Shown here: positions 41,320-51,136 of the stretch, piece after piece
Position numbering within the stretch: the first letter of the stretch is position 1
How the letters are laid out: the number at the start of each line of letters is the position of its first letter
IMG/VR virus record: IMGVR_UViG_3300028416_000014
Location: 3,429-67,428 of that record
Length of the DNA: 64,000 bases
From: a virus
Reading direction: 5' to 3' (one strand)
Translations under genes and position numbers: made by a program
The notes under the pieces: generated by a model
What the model was told of the DNA's origin: nothing
The model's database searches: none
The model's input: only the letters and a program-made list of their open reading frames with translations

Positions 41320-42324
41320 TTACATATTATTTTCGTTGAATCTATCTGAATCTGAATAATTTTTAAAATTAGGGTCAGCCTGGTTTTTAGGTTTTGTAAT
41401 CTTAGGGTTTGGTGTTTCTATTTGTTTTTTAATTTCTTTTTTTTTACCCAATACTATAGGTAATTCTTCTACATCATCATCAGAATCTTTAATTATAATT
41501 GGATTTATTTTTTTAGGTTTATCTGTATATGTTAATTTGTTAAGAGCTAAAACCATAGCTATAGCTAATGGGTCGAATACAAAAACAATTAGTAAGGTAA
41601 ACCAATTTACAACAACATCCATTGGTTTATTTGTTATTTTTGATAGATATCGAAGTGTGCCTATTTCAGCAGTAACTTCTGAATCGGATTGAACTTTTAA
41701 TATCTTAAAATCAATATTTGTAACAGAGTCGGTTAAACTTTCTATTTTTGTAGAAATTACATTTCGTTGTTCTTTAGATTCTAGTAACTGGCGTTCTAAA
41801 ACTCGGCGTGTTGATGATGATGTAGTCGTTATTATTTGACCAGTTTCTCTATCTTTATATTGAATAACATTGTTTGATAAGCCTTTAGATAGTTCTGTTA
41901 TAGATTCACTCAAATTTTGCTTTTCAACTATTAACATTGATAGTTGATTATTATATCTATCTTTTTTAAATTCCAATACTGATATATTTTTATTTAAGAT
42001 AGCTAATTCATCTGATGTTTTTTGGTATGCTGATGTTAAGAAACCATATATACCAGCTGATGTTATAATCATTAATACGAATATCGATAATGTTAGATAG
42101 TACTTTACCCAACCCGCAGTTTTCCAATGATTGTGTAAATATGATGCAACTATTAATTTAGAAAATTCTAAAGAACTAGCTAAGATTATTACTTCATTTT
42201 TAGCACCGGCAAATAATGAACTAAGTCCAAAAACAGAATAATATGCAGCTGATGTAGCTAGCATAAACGTACTTATAAACATTATGAAAATAAAAATGTT
42301 TCTTTTATTAATGGTTTTTTTCAT
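41320..42324 (-). CDS. Multi-pass membrane protein with coiled coil
   Basis: Three N-terminal TM helices, a coiled coil and a FVFDPLAI helix; start set at MKKTIN. Confidence 0.75.
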   Translation of the reverse strand: MKKTINKRNIFIFIMFISTFMLATSAAYYSVFGLSSLFAGAKNEVIILASSLEFSKLIVASYLHNHWKTAGWVKYYLTLSIFVLMIITSAGIYGFLTSAYQKTSDELAILNKNISVLEFKKDRYNNQLSMLIVEKQNLSESITELSKGLSNNVIQYKDRETGQIITTTSSSTRRVLERQLLESKEQRNVISTKIESLTDSVTNIDFKILKVQSDSEVTAEIGTLRYLSKITNKPMDVVVNWFTLLIVFVFDPLAIAMVLALNKLTYTDKPKKINPIIIKDSDDDVEELPIVLGKKKEIKKQIETPNPKITKPKNQADPNFKNYSDSDRFNENNM

Positions 42325-42476
42325 TTTATTAGTTTTATTAAATTTTAAATCTGTATTTATAAATAAACTATTTATTTTATAATATAGCAAAATATTATTA
42401 ATGGGATAACCCCATCAATAATAATTATTAGAATAATTTAAATAAGAAAAAATAATTAAACTAATCATAAACAAGC

Positions 42477-43388
42477 CTACGGGGTAGTTATATCAACTTC
42501 ACTCCTGTATTTGATTAAACATAGTTCTTTAGCCTTAGCCTCCAGCATTACATCAACATTATTACCATAAGTATTAATATATTCAGATATATAATCTGAA
42601 TGTGCTTGGGGTTTAATCTTATCATTAGATTCGTGTAATGATTTAGATTCAGAATAATGAACAACAGGTGTTATATCACCCCAAGTAGATATCGCAAGTT
42701 CTAATGCTTCTTTCTCAGTAAGACCACCCGTATTGAATCTATGATGGTGGTAATCAAATACTATTGGTATACCAATCCTATTATGTATGTACATTAAATC
42801 TTTTACAGAGTACATGGATGCCTTATCATCGTTTTCTACAGTAAGTCGAGTTTTAACTGAGTCCGGCAATCTTTCAAAGTTTTTACAGAACCTATCCATA
42901 GCAGATTTCTTATCACCATACACACCATTACAATGTATATTGATTTTGTTGTAAGGAGTCCTACTCAATCCCATCATATCAAAAACTTCACCATGTACAG
43001 ATAAATCCGTTATAGTATTGGTAACAACATTATCCTTTGGTGATACCAATACGTTAAATGGGCCTGGATGGCTCGTTATTCGTTGATTATACTTTTTTGA
43101 TAATAACCCAACGCCATTAAGTAAACGTTGTACTTTAGAGTAATCTGGAAGCTCTGATAGTTTATATTCAGATGACCAAGGAAATAGATTGGATGACATC
43201 CTAAAAAAGTGGATATCGTTCTTATAATTCCACTTTATAATCTCTATAAGGTCACGAACATTCTGTAACCCCAGCTCAGAAGCATAACGAATACCTTTTG
43301 ATTGAAAGGTTCGTTTTATCATACCACGATTTGTTGTGATACCATCCTTCCGTAAATTCATATTAATACATGCGTATCCTAAATTCAT
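42477..43388 (-). CDS. uvsE: UV damage endonuclease UvsE/UvdE
   Basis: LGYACIN, FFRMSS, SHPGPF, VENDDK, FDYHHH, HYSES, QAHSD, MLEAKAKE. Confidence 0.95.
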   Translation of the reverse strand: MNLGYACINMNLRKDGITTNRGMIKRTFQSKGIRYASELGLQNVRDLIEIIKWNYKNDIHFFRMSSNLFPWSSEYKLSELPDYSKVQRLLNGVGLLSKKYNQRITSHPGPFNVLVSPKDNVVTNTITDLSVHGEVFDMMGLSRTPYNKINIHCNGVYGDKKSAMDRFCKNFERLPDSVKTRLTVENDDKASMYSVKDLMYIHNRIGIPIVFDYHHHRFNTGGLTEKEALELAISTWGDITPVVHYSESKSLHESNDKIKPQAHSDYISEYINTYGNNVDVMLEAKAKELCLIKYRSEVDITTP

Positions 43389-43390
43389 AT

Positions 43391-43687
43391 TTATTGTTTT
43401 TCTCTTATTTGTAAATAATCAAAAAATCCAACTTCTAATTCTGTATTAGAATCAAAATTGGTTTTCAAAAATGATACCAATTCATTTAAGTACTCTTGAA
43501 TCATATACGTTTCATCGGAATCTCCAAAACTCTGACCATCCGGCCAATTTTCAGACCACTTACGTATAACTTTAGTGGCTATATTAAGTTTCCAACTATG
43601 TGGAATTACTTCTAAATAATCCCAACCTCGTATTAGCTTGGTATACGAATAAAACTCAAACGGATTAACTAACAAATCAACTGCCAT
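43391..43687 (-). CDS. Hypothetical protein
   Basis: Start set at MAVDLL, downstream of a repeated promoter. Confidence 0.65.
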   Translation of the reverse strand: MAVDLLVNPFEFYSYTKLIRGWDYLEVIPHSWKLNIATKVIRKWSENWPDGQSFGDSDETYMIQEYLNELVSFLKTNFDSNTELEVGFFDYLQIREKQ

Positions 43688-43720
43688 AACTGAATATTTA
43701 AAATGTGAATTAAATAACAA

Positions 43721-43780
43721 CAACCCCATAACCAAACAACCTACACTATATTATACGATGTCTAGCTCTAAAATGTTTCA
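43721..43780 (-). promoter_or_regulatory. Repeated phage promoter, class TG(T/A)AAC-N17-CGTATAAT, with conserved leader
   Basis: Minus strand TGAAAC-N17-CGTATAATATAGTGTAGG; one of ten copies. Confidence 0.8.
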
Positions 43781-43791
43781 TTAAATGGCAT

Positions 43792-43821
43792 AAAAAAAGG
43801 GAACTTTTTCAAGTTCCCAAT
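43792..43821 (-). terminator. Intrinsic terminator
   Basis: Minus strand GGGAACTTG-AAA-AAGTTCCC hairpin followed by T7. Confidence 0.85.
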
Positions 43822-43823
43822 TG

Positions 43824-44012
43824 TTAAGTATATTGTTCACATTCAATATCTGTTATCTCATTTACAAAGTAGTAGTAAGGTTCTTTTTTGAATACAGTAT
43901 CAACATCAAGCCATTCTTTCCAAGTTTCTATAATAGGATTATGGTCAATATTAACTTTACGTATAACTGAAAACATTTTATCAGATACTTTTATAACTTC
44001 TTTTCCAAACAT
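43824..44012 (-). CDS. Hypothetical protein
   Basis: 62 aa, coupled to Hsp20. Confidence 0.65.
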   Translation of the reverse strand: MFGKEVIKVSDKMFSVIRKVNIDHNPIIETWKEWLDVDTVFKKEPYYYFVNEITDIECEQYT

Positions 44013-44365
44013 TACTTAACTTTAATTTCAATATTTTTTTTACGTTTCGCTTCGAACTTGGGTATTTTTAAATCCAAAACACCATTCGTAACAGATGCGC
44101 TAGCTTTAGATAAATCCCAATTACTACCAACTTTATAGGATTTACTTATCTGCCTATCAGTACATTCACCATCAATAGTAATAACATTATGTTCGGCTGA
44201 TATATTTAGATTATCCTTAGAGAATCCAGGTACATCTAAAGTTACATTTAAGTTATCATCATCAACCTTATAATTAATCGATTTCATACAAGGTAATCCA
44301 TTACTAAATGATTGTTCAAAAACATCAAAAAGTTCATTGTAAATTCTATTTTTTGTTAAAAACAT
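44012..44365 (-). CDS. Small heat-shock protein (Hsp20)
   Basis: DVPGFSKDNLNI, ASVTNGVLDLKIPK and a C-terminal IEI motif. Confidence 0.92.
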   Translation of the reverse strand: MFLTKNRIYNELFDVFEQSFSNGLPCMKSINYKVDDDNLNVTLDVPGFSKDNLNISAEHNVITIDGECTDRQISKSYKVGSNWDLSKASASVTNGVLDLKIPKFEAKRKKNIEIKVK

Positions 44366-44445
44366 AGTTTATTAATTTAATTAAGTTTTAAAATTTAATT
44401 ATATATATTCAATTTATGTACCATTGTGTTTTTTATGACAAATTG

Positions 44446-44841
44446 TCAGTTTACACATATAGGATTTGATTTACCTATCATAGTAACTGACATTATAACA
44501 TATCCATTATCTAAATGTTCTATTTTACAGTCTGATACAAGCAACCCATTTTCCATCATAAGATTTTTGATTGAAGAAATTGATTCTAAATTTTTACCTG
44601 TAAATCTTATAACAGTATGTTTATCTGTTAATTTAAATTCATCAAAGTTGATTTTTTCACCATCACCCATATCATCATCGATATCATCATCCATATCATC
44701 TTCTTCAAATTCATCATCTATAAACCTAAAAGAATACTTAGATAACATAATTTCATATATATACATCAACTTATCAGCATTAGTCAGTTCACTAAAAAAA
44801 TCAAATTCGTCAGCATCCCAGTAGTCATTACCATTAACCAT
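44446..44841 (-). CDS. Hypothetical acidic protein
   Basis: ORF with an Asp/Glu tract; start set at MVNGND. Confidence 0.6.
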   Translation of the reverse strand: MVNGNDYWDADEFDFFSELTNADKLMYIYEIMLSKYSFRFIDDEFEEDDMDDDIDDDMGDGEKINFDEFKLTDKHTVIRFTGKNLESISSIKNLMMENGLLVSDCKIEHLDNGYVIMSVTMIGKSNPICVN

Positions 44842-44843
44842 AA

Positions 44844-45038
44844 TCAAGCCTTTTTATTTTTGTTATTTAAAATTATTGATTTAACTAACCACGTAACATC
44901 CATACCTGAAATCAAGTTACTAAAATATTCGCTATGTTCTAACAAATATAATTTTAGCTTATGGGATAAGACTTCAGTATCGTTTTCACTTTTTAGAATT
45001 TCCTTTATTTTTGTTTTATGTTCATCTGATATTTCCAT
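44844..45038 (-). CDS. Hypothetical protein
   Basis: Start set at MEISDE. Confidence 0.55.
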   Translation of the reverse strand: MEISDEHKTKIKEILKSENDTEVLSHKLKLYLLEHSEYFSNLISGMDVTWLVKSIILNNKNKKA

Positions 45039-45057
45039 ATAAATAGATATTGTACAT

Positions 45058-45474
45058 TTAATAATTATCATCTAAAAATGGTATATCATCTTTATTTATC
45101 ATATTTAAAAACTCCAAACCATCCTTAGATAATTTAAATAGATTGTTACCGCTATTAGTCATAACAGTTTGTGAATAATAATCTAAAATTTTGTTTAGTA
45201 TGTAATTGAACATATTAACATATTTTTTATTACTATCATTTAACATTTTACTAATATTAGAAATCATCTTTATAGAATAACCACATCCATATTCTTTTAA
45301 ACCGTAATCAGTTCTATCAAATAGGGCATACATTATGGTATTACTTTTAGCAAGTATTATAAAATCTCTACTTTTTGAGTATGAATCATTTAAATTTAAA
45401 GAAATACCAAAGTTATCTTTGAAAGATAATGATTTAACATAATCTATCAGTAATTCTTTGAATTCATCTGTCAT
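45058..45474 (-). CDS. Hypothetical protein
   Basis: 138-aa ORF with a 4-bp overlap. Confidence 0.6.
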   Translation of the reverse strand: MTDEFKELLIDYVKSLSFKDNFGISLNLNDSYSKSRDFIILAKSNTIMYALFDRTDYGLKEYGCGYSIKMISNISKMLNDSNKKYVNMFNYILNKILDYYSQTVMTNSGNNLFKLSKDGLEFLNMINKDDIPFLDDNY

Positions 45475-45758
45475 AACCCCAATGCTATTTTTTTAGTATG
45501 AATTGATAATGCGTTTTCTAAAGTATTTATAAGCTTGTTAATTTCATATTCAGTTAATTCAAATTCCTTATTTGAAACTGATAGCGTACCGATTGGAACT
45601 GATTTATCTCGGAAATTATTTTCATTGATATTACCATTTGGTGAAAAATCAATACTTGAAAAATACTTACCATATGATTGTTTTTGCTTATCTTTTAGAT
45701 TTTTTGGTGTAGCAAATGAATGGTTGATATAACCTTTTAAATTTTTCTTACGAGCCAT
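45471..45758 (-). CDS. Hypothetical protein
   Basis: 95-aa ORF preceded by TATTTATA. Confidence 0.65.
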   Translation of the reverse strand: MARKKNLKGYINHSFATPKNLKDKQKQSYGKYFSSIDFSPNGNINENNFRDKSVPIGTLSVSNKEFELTEYEINKLINTLENALSIHTKKIALGL

Positions 45759-45795
45759 TTTATTTTATTTAAACGTTAACTATTTTATATAAATA

Positions 45796-46089
45796 TCACT
45801 TTGTTTTATTACGACCGGAAATTCTTTGAAATTTTTTATTAAATTTTTCCAAGCTCATTTTTTTCGGATGCGTTCTTTGTATGTTTTGGTTTGTTTTTAT
45901 TATAGAATCAAACCAATACCAAGCCATATGTGATGTTTTTTGTGGTGGTATCATATACTCATTGTGTAATTTATTACCGTCACCATCCCAAACATAATAT
46001 TTACCATTAACCATATAAACCTTTGATTTTGGGTATAAATTCATTACTCTTTTTTTTATTCTACTTAACTTATTATTAGATATTTCCAT
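45796..46089 (-). CDS. Hypothetical protein
   Basis: 97-aa basic ORF. Confidence 0.65.
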   Translation of the reverse strand: MEISNNKLSRIKKRVMNLYPKSKVYMVNGKYYVWDGDGNKLHNEYMIPPQKTSHMAWYWFDSIIKTNQNIQRTHPKKMSLEKFNKKFQRISGRNKTK

Positions 46090-46288
46090 TTTTGTTATTT
46101 TTTAAGAATGATTTAGTGACTCCGATGTGGATGTAAACACTATTATTTGAATCGGTAGTGATATTATCATAAACCTTTAAATCTTCAGTTTGAACTGTAT
46201 ATGTACCTTTTGAAACATCTATAATTTTACCAACTTTGAATTTTTTAAAAGTACTTACAACCACAAAAGAACCACAATTAAAATCCAT
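46076..46288 (-). CDS. Hypothetical SH3/Tudor-like small protein
   Basis: 70 aa with a GSFVVV...GKII...YTVQTED pattern. Confidence 0.55.
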   Translation of the reverse strand: MDFNCGSFVVVSTFKKFKVGKIIDVSKGTYTVQTEDLKVYDNITTDSNNSVYIHIGVTKSFLKNNKNGNI

Positions 46289-46296
46289 ACAAACTC

Positions 46297-46497
46297 CTAA
46301 TCTATTACTTTAATAATCTTAGTATCCGTAACTGATGATACTTCAAAATCAACCACACCGTTTCTAAATTCAGTATGAATTTTTGCTTCAACATCAGTAA
46401 CCGAAACACCGTTTACTAAATACTGCTCTACAACTTTTTTTTCTTTACCATTTTGGTCTGTAATCAGAACCTTTACTTTTGCTATGTAATAAGCCAT
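46297..46497 (-). CDS. DUF4494-like protein
   Basis: KVK...NGKEKKVVEQYLV...TDVEAKI...TKIIKV resembles this Bacteroidota family. Confidence 0.7.
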   Translation of the reverse strand: MAYYIAKVKVLITDQNGKEKKVVEQYLVNGVSVTDVEAKIHTEFRNGVVDFEVSSVTDTKIIKVID

Positions 46498-46499
46498 AA

Positions 46500-46835
46500 T
46501 TAATTATATTTTATGTTAAATTTATTAAATAATGTATCTTCATCAATAAGTTCATACGAACCATTGCATTCACCTAATTCAAAATCTTCAACAACTAAAT
46601 GAAAATATTGAACCATACGTTCACCATTGTGTTGCCGGCCCGCCGGAATTATTATTATATATATAGGTAAATCTTTGTTTATATAAGTTTTGAATCGTCG
46701 TGGGCCTATTTCAGTTTCATCTTTATCATAGTTAGCCCGTAATGATTCAAAATAAGCTTCATCCATTTCAATCCAAATAGATTCACCAAATAAAAATTGC
46801 TCCATTTCTATTACCTTTTTAATCTTATCATCCAT
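46500..46835 (-). CDS. Hypothetical protein
   Basis: 111-aa ORF. Confidence 0.65.
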   Translation of the reverse strand: MDDKIKKVIEMEQFLFGESIWIEMDEAYFESLRANYDKDETEIGPRRFKTYINKDLPIYIIIIPAGRQHNGERMVQYFHLVVEDFELGECNGSYELIDEDTLFNKFNIKYN

Positions 46836-46841
46836 AGTTAT

Positions 46842-47162
46842 TTATTTTAGTTTATCAAATATTATAGTATCATCAACAGAATATGTTGTTTCACCATCAT
46901 CATTTTTAGATTCAACTAACAAACCTCTATCAACTAATGAATCAATAGCATTCCTTAAATTACCATCAAACACTTCAGTATAAATATTATTTACAATAGA
47001 ATCCAATTTTGTAAGTGCATCTAGTTCTGTTAATGGTAGTAGTGATTTGTAAAGTCTACTTTTAAATTTAAATTTATCAATAAACGGGTTATCGAAAAGT
47101 AAGTTACCTTCGAATTCAGTTATAACTTCGTTGGTTACTTCTTTAGCTAATTTAGTATGCAT
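46842..47162 (-). CDS. Hypothetical protein (possible winged-helix C-terminus)
   Basis: AIDSLVDRGLLVE...DGETTYSV. Confidence 0.6.
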   Translation of the reverse strand: MHTKLAKEVTNEVITEFEGNLLFDNPFIDKFKFKSRLYKSLLPLTELDALTKLDSIVNNIYTEVFDGNLRNAIDSLVDRGLLVESKNDDGETTYSVDDTIIFDKLK

Positions 47163-47176
47163 AATATATAATATAT

Positions 47177-47211
47177 AAAGAATTGATGTTTCTTTTTAGA
47201 AACACCAATTC
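47177..47211 (-). terminator. Intrinsic terminator after the AAA ATPase gene
   Basis: GAATTGGTGTTTCT-AAAA-AGAAACATCAATTC hairpin followed by TTT. Confidence 0.7.
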
Positions 47212-47225
47212 AAATTAAGAAATAA

Positions 47226-48527
47226 TTATTTAAACGGATTATCTACGTTATCAGTATTAAACAAATTCGTATCACCATCTGAAATACCTACAAACTTTTG
47301 AACAAATTGTTTGATGTACAATCTTTCTGATTCAACCCCACCACAATCATCAAATAATGGGTAAACTGTAATCTCAGCGGATTCAGCCAAGTTAAACCCA
47401 TCATCAATCAAAGAACCAATTTCAACGGCCGTTCTGGTAGAAAGTGAATTAGTAAGCTGTGGTGCTTCCTTTTTAACTTCACTACGAGTCATTGTAGTTA
47501 TTTCAGATATGGATTGTAAAATCTTTTCATCAACATCAGGATACAACATTGTAAGTAGTGAATGTTCTTCTTCAAGATTAAGAGTATCCATCTCTATAAT
47601 TGTGAAACGGTCAATCATAGCCCGGTCCATTTGACGAGTTGAAGTATATTCATTACCAATGTTAGCGGAAGCGATGAACGAAACACCATCAGCAACTTTA
47701 ACCACAGGTGAATTTGCCGCCTCATCTAATCTAAGGTATCGTTGCCCATTATCCAATACGGTCATTAGAATGTTATGAGCCTCAGGATGTGCTCTGGAGA
47801 TTTCATCTAATACAATTACAGTATTCGGAGTTTGTATTGCTTTAACAAAAGGTGATGGATTAAACACCGTACCTTTGGTATTATCAAATTGAGTATTACC
47901 AATCAGAGTAGTTCGGGGGTCTTGCGTAGAACCAAGATTGAAGATTTCCATATTATACCCATCAAGTGCGTTAGCGGCCGCCTTTGCTGCCATAGTTTTC
48001 CCACAACCAGCGGGTCCTGTCATCATAATATTTTTACCTCTAAGGATATTACGGATTAAATATTTCCATTTAAGTTCACTCATAAATAACATTTTAGGTT
48101 TTAAATCCTTAGCTTCAGAGTGAATGAAGTTCAAAATGTTTTCATTAGATGGTGGTTTAACTGATGTATTTTCTACAGGCGTTTCAGTTATTTCAACCTT
48201 AACATCATCAGAAATATAATTACTATTAATACCAAATTCGATATTGTATTGTCCCATTTCAGCAATATTACAACCAACCATAGCGAATGAACTGGGAACA
48301 CCACCGGATTTTCTAGTGAACTTAGCCAATCGTAAAGCACCATTATTAAACGATACCTTAACACACCACTTATTTGGGTTATTAACTACAGTACCCATAC
48401 GTTTGTAAGTCCATGTAGACCTATCATTTAGTTCATCTACAAAGTACTTATTACCAACACCATCAACTAAGATGATATCTTTATTAGGATTTCTTTCAGC
48501 GGAAAAATAAAAAACTTCTTTTTGCAT
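47226..48527 (-). CDS. MoxR/CbbQ/CobS-type AAA+ ATPase
   Basis: GPAGCGKT, IVLDEISRA, ASANIG, DRAMIDRF, LSTR. Confidence 0.92.
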   Translation of the reverse strand: MQKEVFYFSAERNPNKDIILVDGVGNKYFVDELNDRSTWTYKRMGTVVNNPNKWCVKVSFNNGALRLAKFTRKSGGVPSSFAMVGCNIAEMGQYNIEFGINSNYISDDVKVEITETPVENTSVKPPSNENILNFIHSEAKDLKPKMLFMSELKWKYLIRNILRGKNIMMTGPAGCGKTMAAKAAANALDGYNMEIFNLGSTQDPRTTLIGNTQFDNTKGTVFNPSPFVKAIQTPNTVIVLDEISRAHPEAHNILMTVLDNGQRYLRLDEAANSPVVKVADGVSFIASANIGNEYTSTRQMDRAMIDRFTIIEMDTLNLEEEHSLLTMLYPDVDEKILQSISEITTMTRSEVKKEAPQLTNSLSTRTAVEIGSLIDDGFNLAESAEITVYPLFDDCGGVESERLYIKQFVQKFVGISDGDTNLFNTDNVDNPFK

Positions 48528-48559
48528 ATTTCTTAATTTTTAATAAATAATCAGATTAA

Positions 48560-48626
48560 ATAACAACAGCCCCATAACCAAACACCCTACACTATATTAT
48601 ACGATGTCTAGCTCTAAAAGGTTACA
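48560..48626 (-). promoter_or_regulatory. Repeated phage promoter TGTAAC-N17-CGTATAAT
   Basis: Full match to the repeated element, including the leader. Confidence 0.8.
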
Positions 48627-48632
48627 AAAAAA

Positions 48633-48854
48633 CTAACTTTTTTTGAAAAAATAATGTCTATTTTGATAATGGTTATCAATACTATCTATGTAGTAGCCAT
48701 TATAGTTACCACTCTGATGTAATACCATTTCAATCATATGAGCAATTCCATCTTTGAACCCATCCTTATTAGAATATTCATCAGTCCTACATAACTGTTT
48801 ATTAGCCCAAATAACCATATTTTCAACATTCATTGTTTTTCTACCTTTCGACAT
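48633..48854 (-). CDS. Hypothetical protein
   Basis: 73 aa between two promoter repeats. Confidence 0.7.
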   Translation of the reverse strand: MSKGRKTMNVENMVIWANKQLCRTDEYSNKDGFKDGIAHMIEMVLHQSGNYNGYYIDSIDNHYQNRHYFFKKS

Positions 48855-48881
48855 AATTAAAATTTAAGAGATTAAAAATAA

Positions 48882-48951
48882 CAACAGCCCCATAACCAAA
48901 CACCCTACACTATATTATACGAAAAAAGTGCAACAAATGTTACACTTTTTA
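48882..48951 (-). promoter_or_regulatory. Repeated promoter with overlapping inverted repeat (copy A)
   Basis: 69/70 identical to 51067-51136. Confidence 0.8.
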
Positions 48952-48965
48952 CAAACTTTTTTTAA

Positions 48966-51035
48966 TTAATGAAAGAATTTATTCAAAGATTTAGCCAACG
49001 GTATCAATGATTCAACATTAATTTTTTGTGAATCGTTACCGTACATTTTAACAAAACTATCATAATTCCAAGAATCATAACTATCAGATATAAAATAACC
49101 TAAAACTTTTATACCATTAGCTTTGATTTTATCAACTTGCGTTTTAGTATGTTTAATAGCGTAATCTCTAACATAATATATATCATTGTTTTGAAATTGT
49201 GGTGCTCCATCTGAAAAGTTTATGAAGTACTTTTCTAAATTACCACCGGTATTTATGATATCTTTCATAATAGCTTCAAAACACAAACCTTCAGGAGTAG
49301 TACCCGTACAATCTATATATTTGAATAGTTGTGTAATTTTAGAAAACTTATCTTTTCTACTATCATAAGCCAATATAACCAATGGTGTATCATCATTATG
49401 ATTAGGACAATATGTAGTTCTGTAACTGATAACAACATCTAAATTAGTAGTCATACTTGCCGCCTTAGCAATAGCAACAACCGCAGTTTGTGTTTTATCC
49501 CATCGAGAACCACTCATAGAACCACTAGCATCAACAGATATATGTATAAGAGATGGTGTTCTTTTATCTATCTCTATCTGGTTAAATACATTGTAATTAC
49601 CAGAACCCAATTCATGCATCAATCGGCCGGATATTCTACCTGATTTCATTCTTGGTGTAACTAAAGAACGTTCTTCAGAGCGTTTTTTTAATCTTTTACC
49701 TAACATAATACCCAATTGCGTTCCTTTAACAATGTTTTCATGATATCTATTAACTCTATCAATTCGCCAGGAATCAATATCGAGAGGTAGTAAGGCGCTG
49801 CCCAATAATTTGGATTCAATTAACTTTTTTGTAAAGTTATTTACAATTGTTACATTGGTTTTATTACCACTTCTAGCTTTATTAAGTGAATTTTTATCAT
49901 GCCCACCACCACCACACATTTTACTATTAACACCACTTTCATCAATAGCTTTTATCTTTTTAGAATCAGATTTAGATATTTTACGTTTTTTGATACTACC
50001 ATCGATAAAATCTTTTTGCTTTTTAATAGCCTTATCTAATAGTTGTTTCTGTCTATCAGATAAATTACCATTACCAGCTGTAGTAGTATTACCATTATCA
50101 GAACCATCAGAACCATCACCATCAGAACCATCAGAATCACCATCATTTGATTGTTCGGAATCAGAACCATCAGAACCATCACCATCAGAACCACCACCAC
50201 CGGTAGATTGGTCAGAATCATCACCATCATTTGATGAATTGGAACTATCAACTGATATTTGAGATTCAATAACTTTAAAAACTTCTAAAGATAATTTAAT
50301 AACATCCCATGTATCTTTCAATCTGGAAATGTTTTTTAAATCTAGCATTTGCCAAATCAATCCTAACTTAGATAACGCACCCAAATCACGTTTTGGATTT
50401 GTTATGTTGATAAGACGAAAAAAGTAAGAATCCCAATCTTCTGTACGATATTCAGAACTCAACAAACCCTTATCAATTTGCTTAGCGTTGAAATACTTAT
50501 CGTACATAGATTGATAATAACCCCTGTAGCCAGGTGACGTAGTGTAAACAAACCAATCAATACGTCTATCTTCAATAACATTTACGATATTTTTCAATTT
50601 TGGTGATACGTAATTTTCACAAAAATTTGTGATATCATAAGAACCAACATTAACCATATTCTCATGATACTTTTCATAAAGTGAATACCAATACGAACCA
50701 ACAGAACAATCTTCAACATAGTTAGCCCCATTTATGTGGTTTAGTGTTCTAAAATCGGTAAGTTTAATATGCGACCCTTCGTGAAGAGCCAACCCAACGA
50801 TTGGGTCAAAATCAGTTTCATCAATTTTAGATGAAATAGTAACAGTTTTACCATCCGTATAACTATCACCTGTAACGTTAAAATTAACTTTGATTGATTC
50901 ACCTGTTACGATGTTAACGAAGTTAGATACGGCCCGTTTATATGATGATAAGGCAATATAATCTAACTTAGAATCACCATCAATTGGTGAAAAGAAGTCA
51001 TAATCAATCCAAAATTTACTATTTTTATTATCCAT
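48966..51035 (-). CDS. VWA-domain protein with N-terminal HExxH domain (CobT-like MoxR partner)
   Basis: ALHEGSH and NVIEDRRI, an Asp/Gly/Ser repeat linker, and MIDAS motifs DASGSMSG, TTP, FSDG. Confidence 0.88.
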   Translation of the reverse strand: MDNKNSKFWIDYDFFSPIDGDSKLDYIALSSYKRAVSNFVNIVTGESIKVNFNVTGDSYTDGKTVTISSKIDETDFDPIVGLALHEGSHIKLTDFRTLNHINGANYVEDCSVGSYWYSLYEKYHENMVNVGSYDITNFCENYVSPKLKNIVNVIEDRRIDWFVYTTSPGYRGYYQSMYDKYFNAKQIDKGLLSSEYRTEDWDSYFFRLINITNPKRDLGALSKLGLIWQMLDLKNISRLKDTWDVIKLSLEVFKVIESQISVDSSNSSNDGDDSDQSTGGGGSDGDGSDGSDSEQSNDGDSDGSDGDGSDGSDNGNTTTAGNGNLSDRQKQLLDKAIKKQKDFIDGSIKKRKISKSDSKKIKAIDESGVNSKMCGGGGHDKNSLNKARSGNKTNVTIVNNFTKKLIESKLLGSALLPLDIDSWRIDRVNRYHENIVKGTQLGIMLGKRLKKRSEERSLVTPRMKSGRISGRLMHELGSGNYNVFNQIEIDKRTPSLIHISVDASGSMSGSRWDKTQTAVVAIAKAASMTTNLDVVISYRTTYCPNHNDDTPLVILAYDSRKDKFSKITQLFKYIDCTGTTPEGLCFEAIMKDIINTGGNLEKYFINFSDGAPQFQNNDIYYVRDYAIKHTKTQVDKIKANGIKVLGYFISDSYDSWNYDSFVKMYGNDSQKINVESLIPLAKSLNKFFH

Positions 51036-51066
51036 ACGTAATGTTTTAATTTAAATAAGTGAATAC

Positions 51067-51136
51067 CAACAGCCCCATAACCAAACACCCTACACTATAT
51101 TATACGAAAAAAGTGTAACAAATGTTACACTTTTTA
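51067..51136 (-). promoter_or_regulatory. Repeated promoter with perfect 13-bp inverted repeat (copy B)
   Basis: AAAAAGTGTAACA-AA-TGTTACACTTTTT overlaps TGTAAC-N17-CGTA. Confidence 0.8.

Noticed and set aside
50095-50230. Tandem accatcaga repeats and the alternative-frame ORF 50036-50269
   Set aside because: They encode the low-complexity DGSDG linker of the VWA protein, a common feature; the alternative ORF is a by-product.
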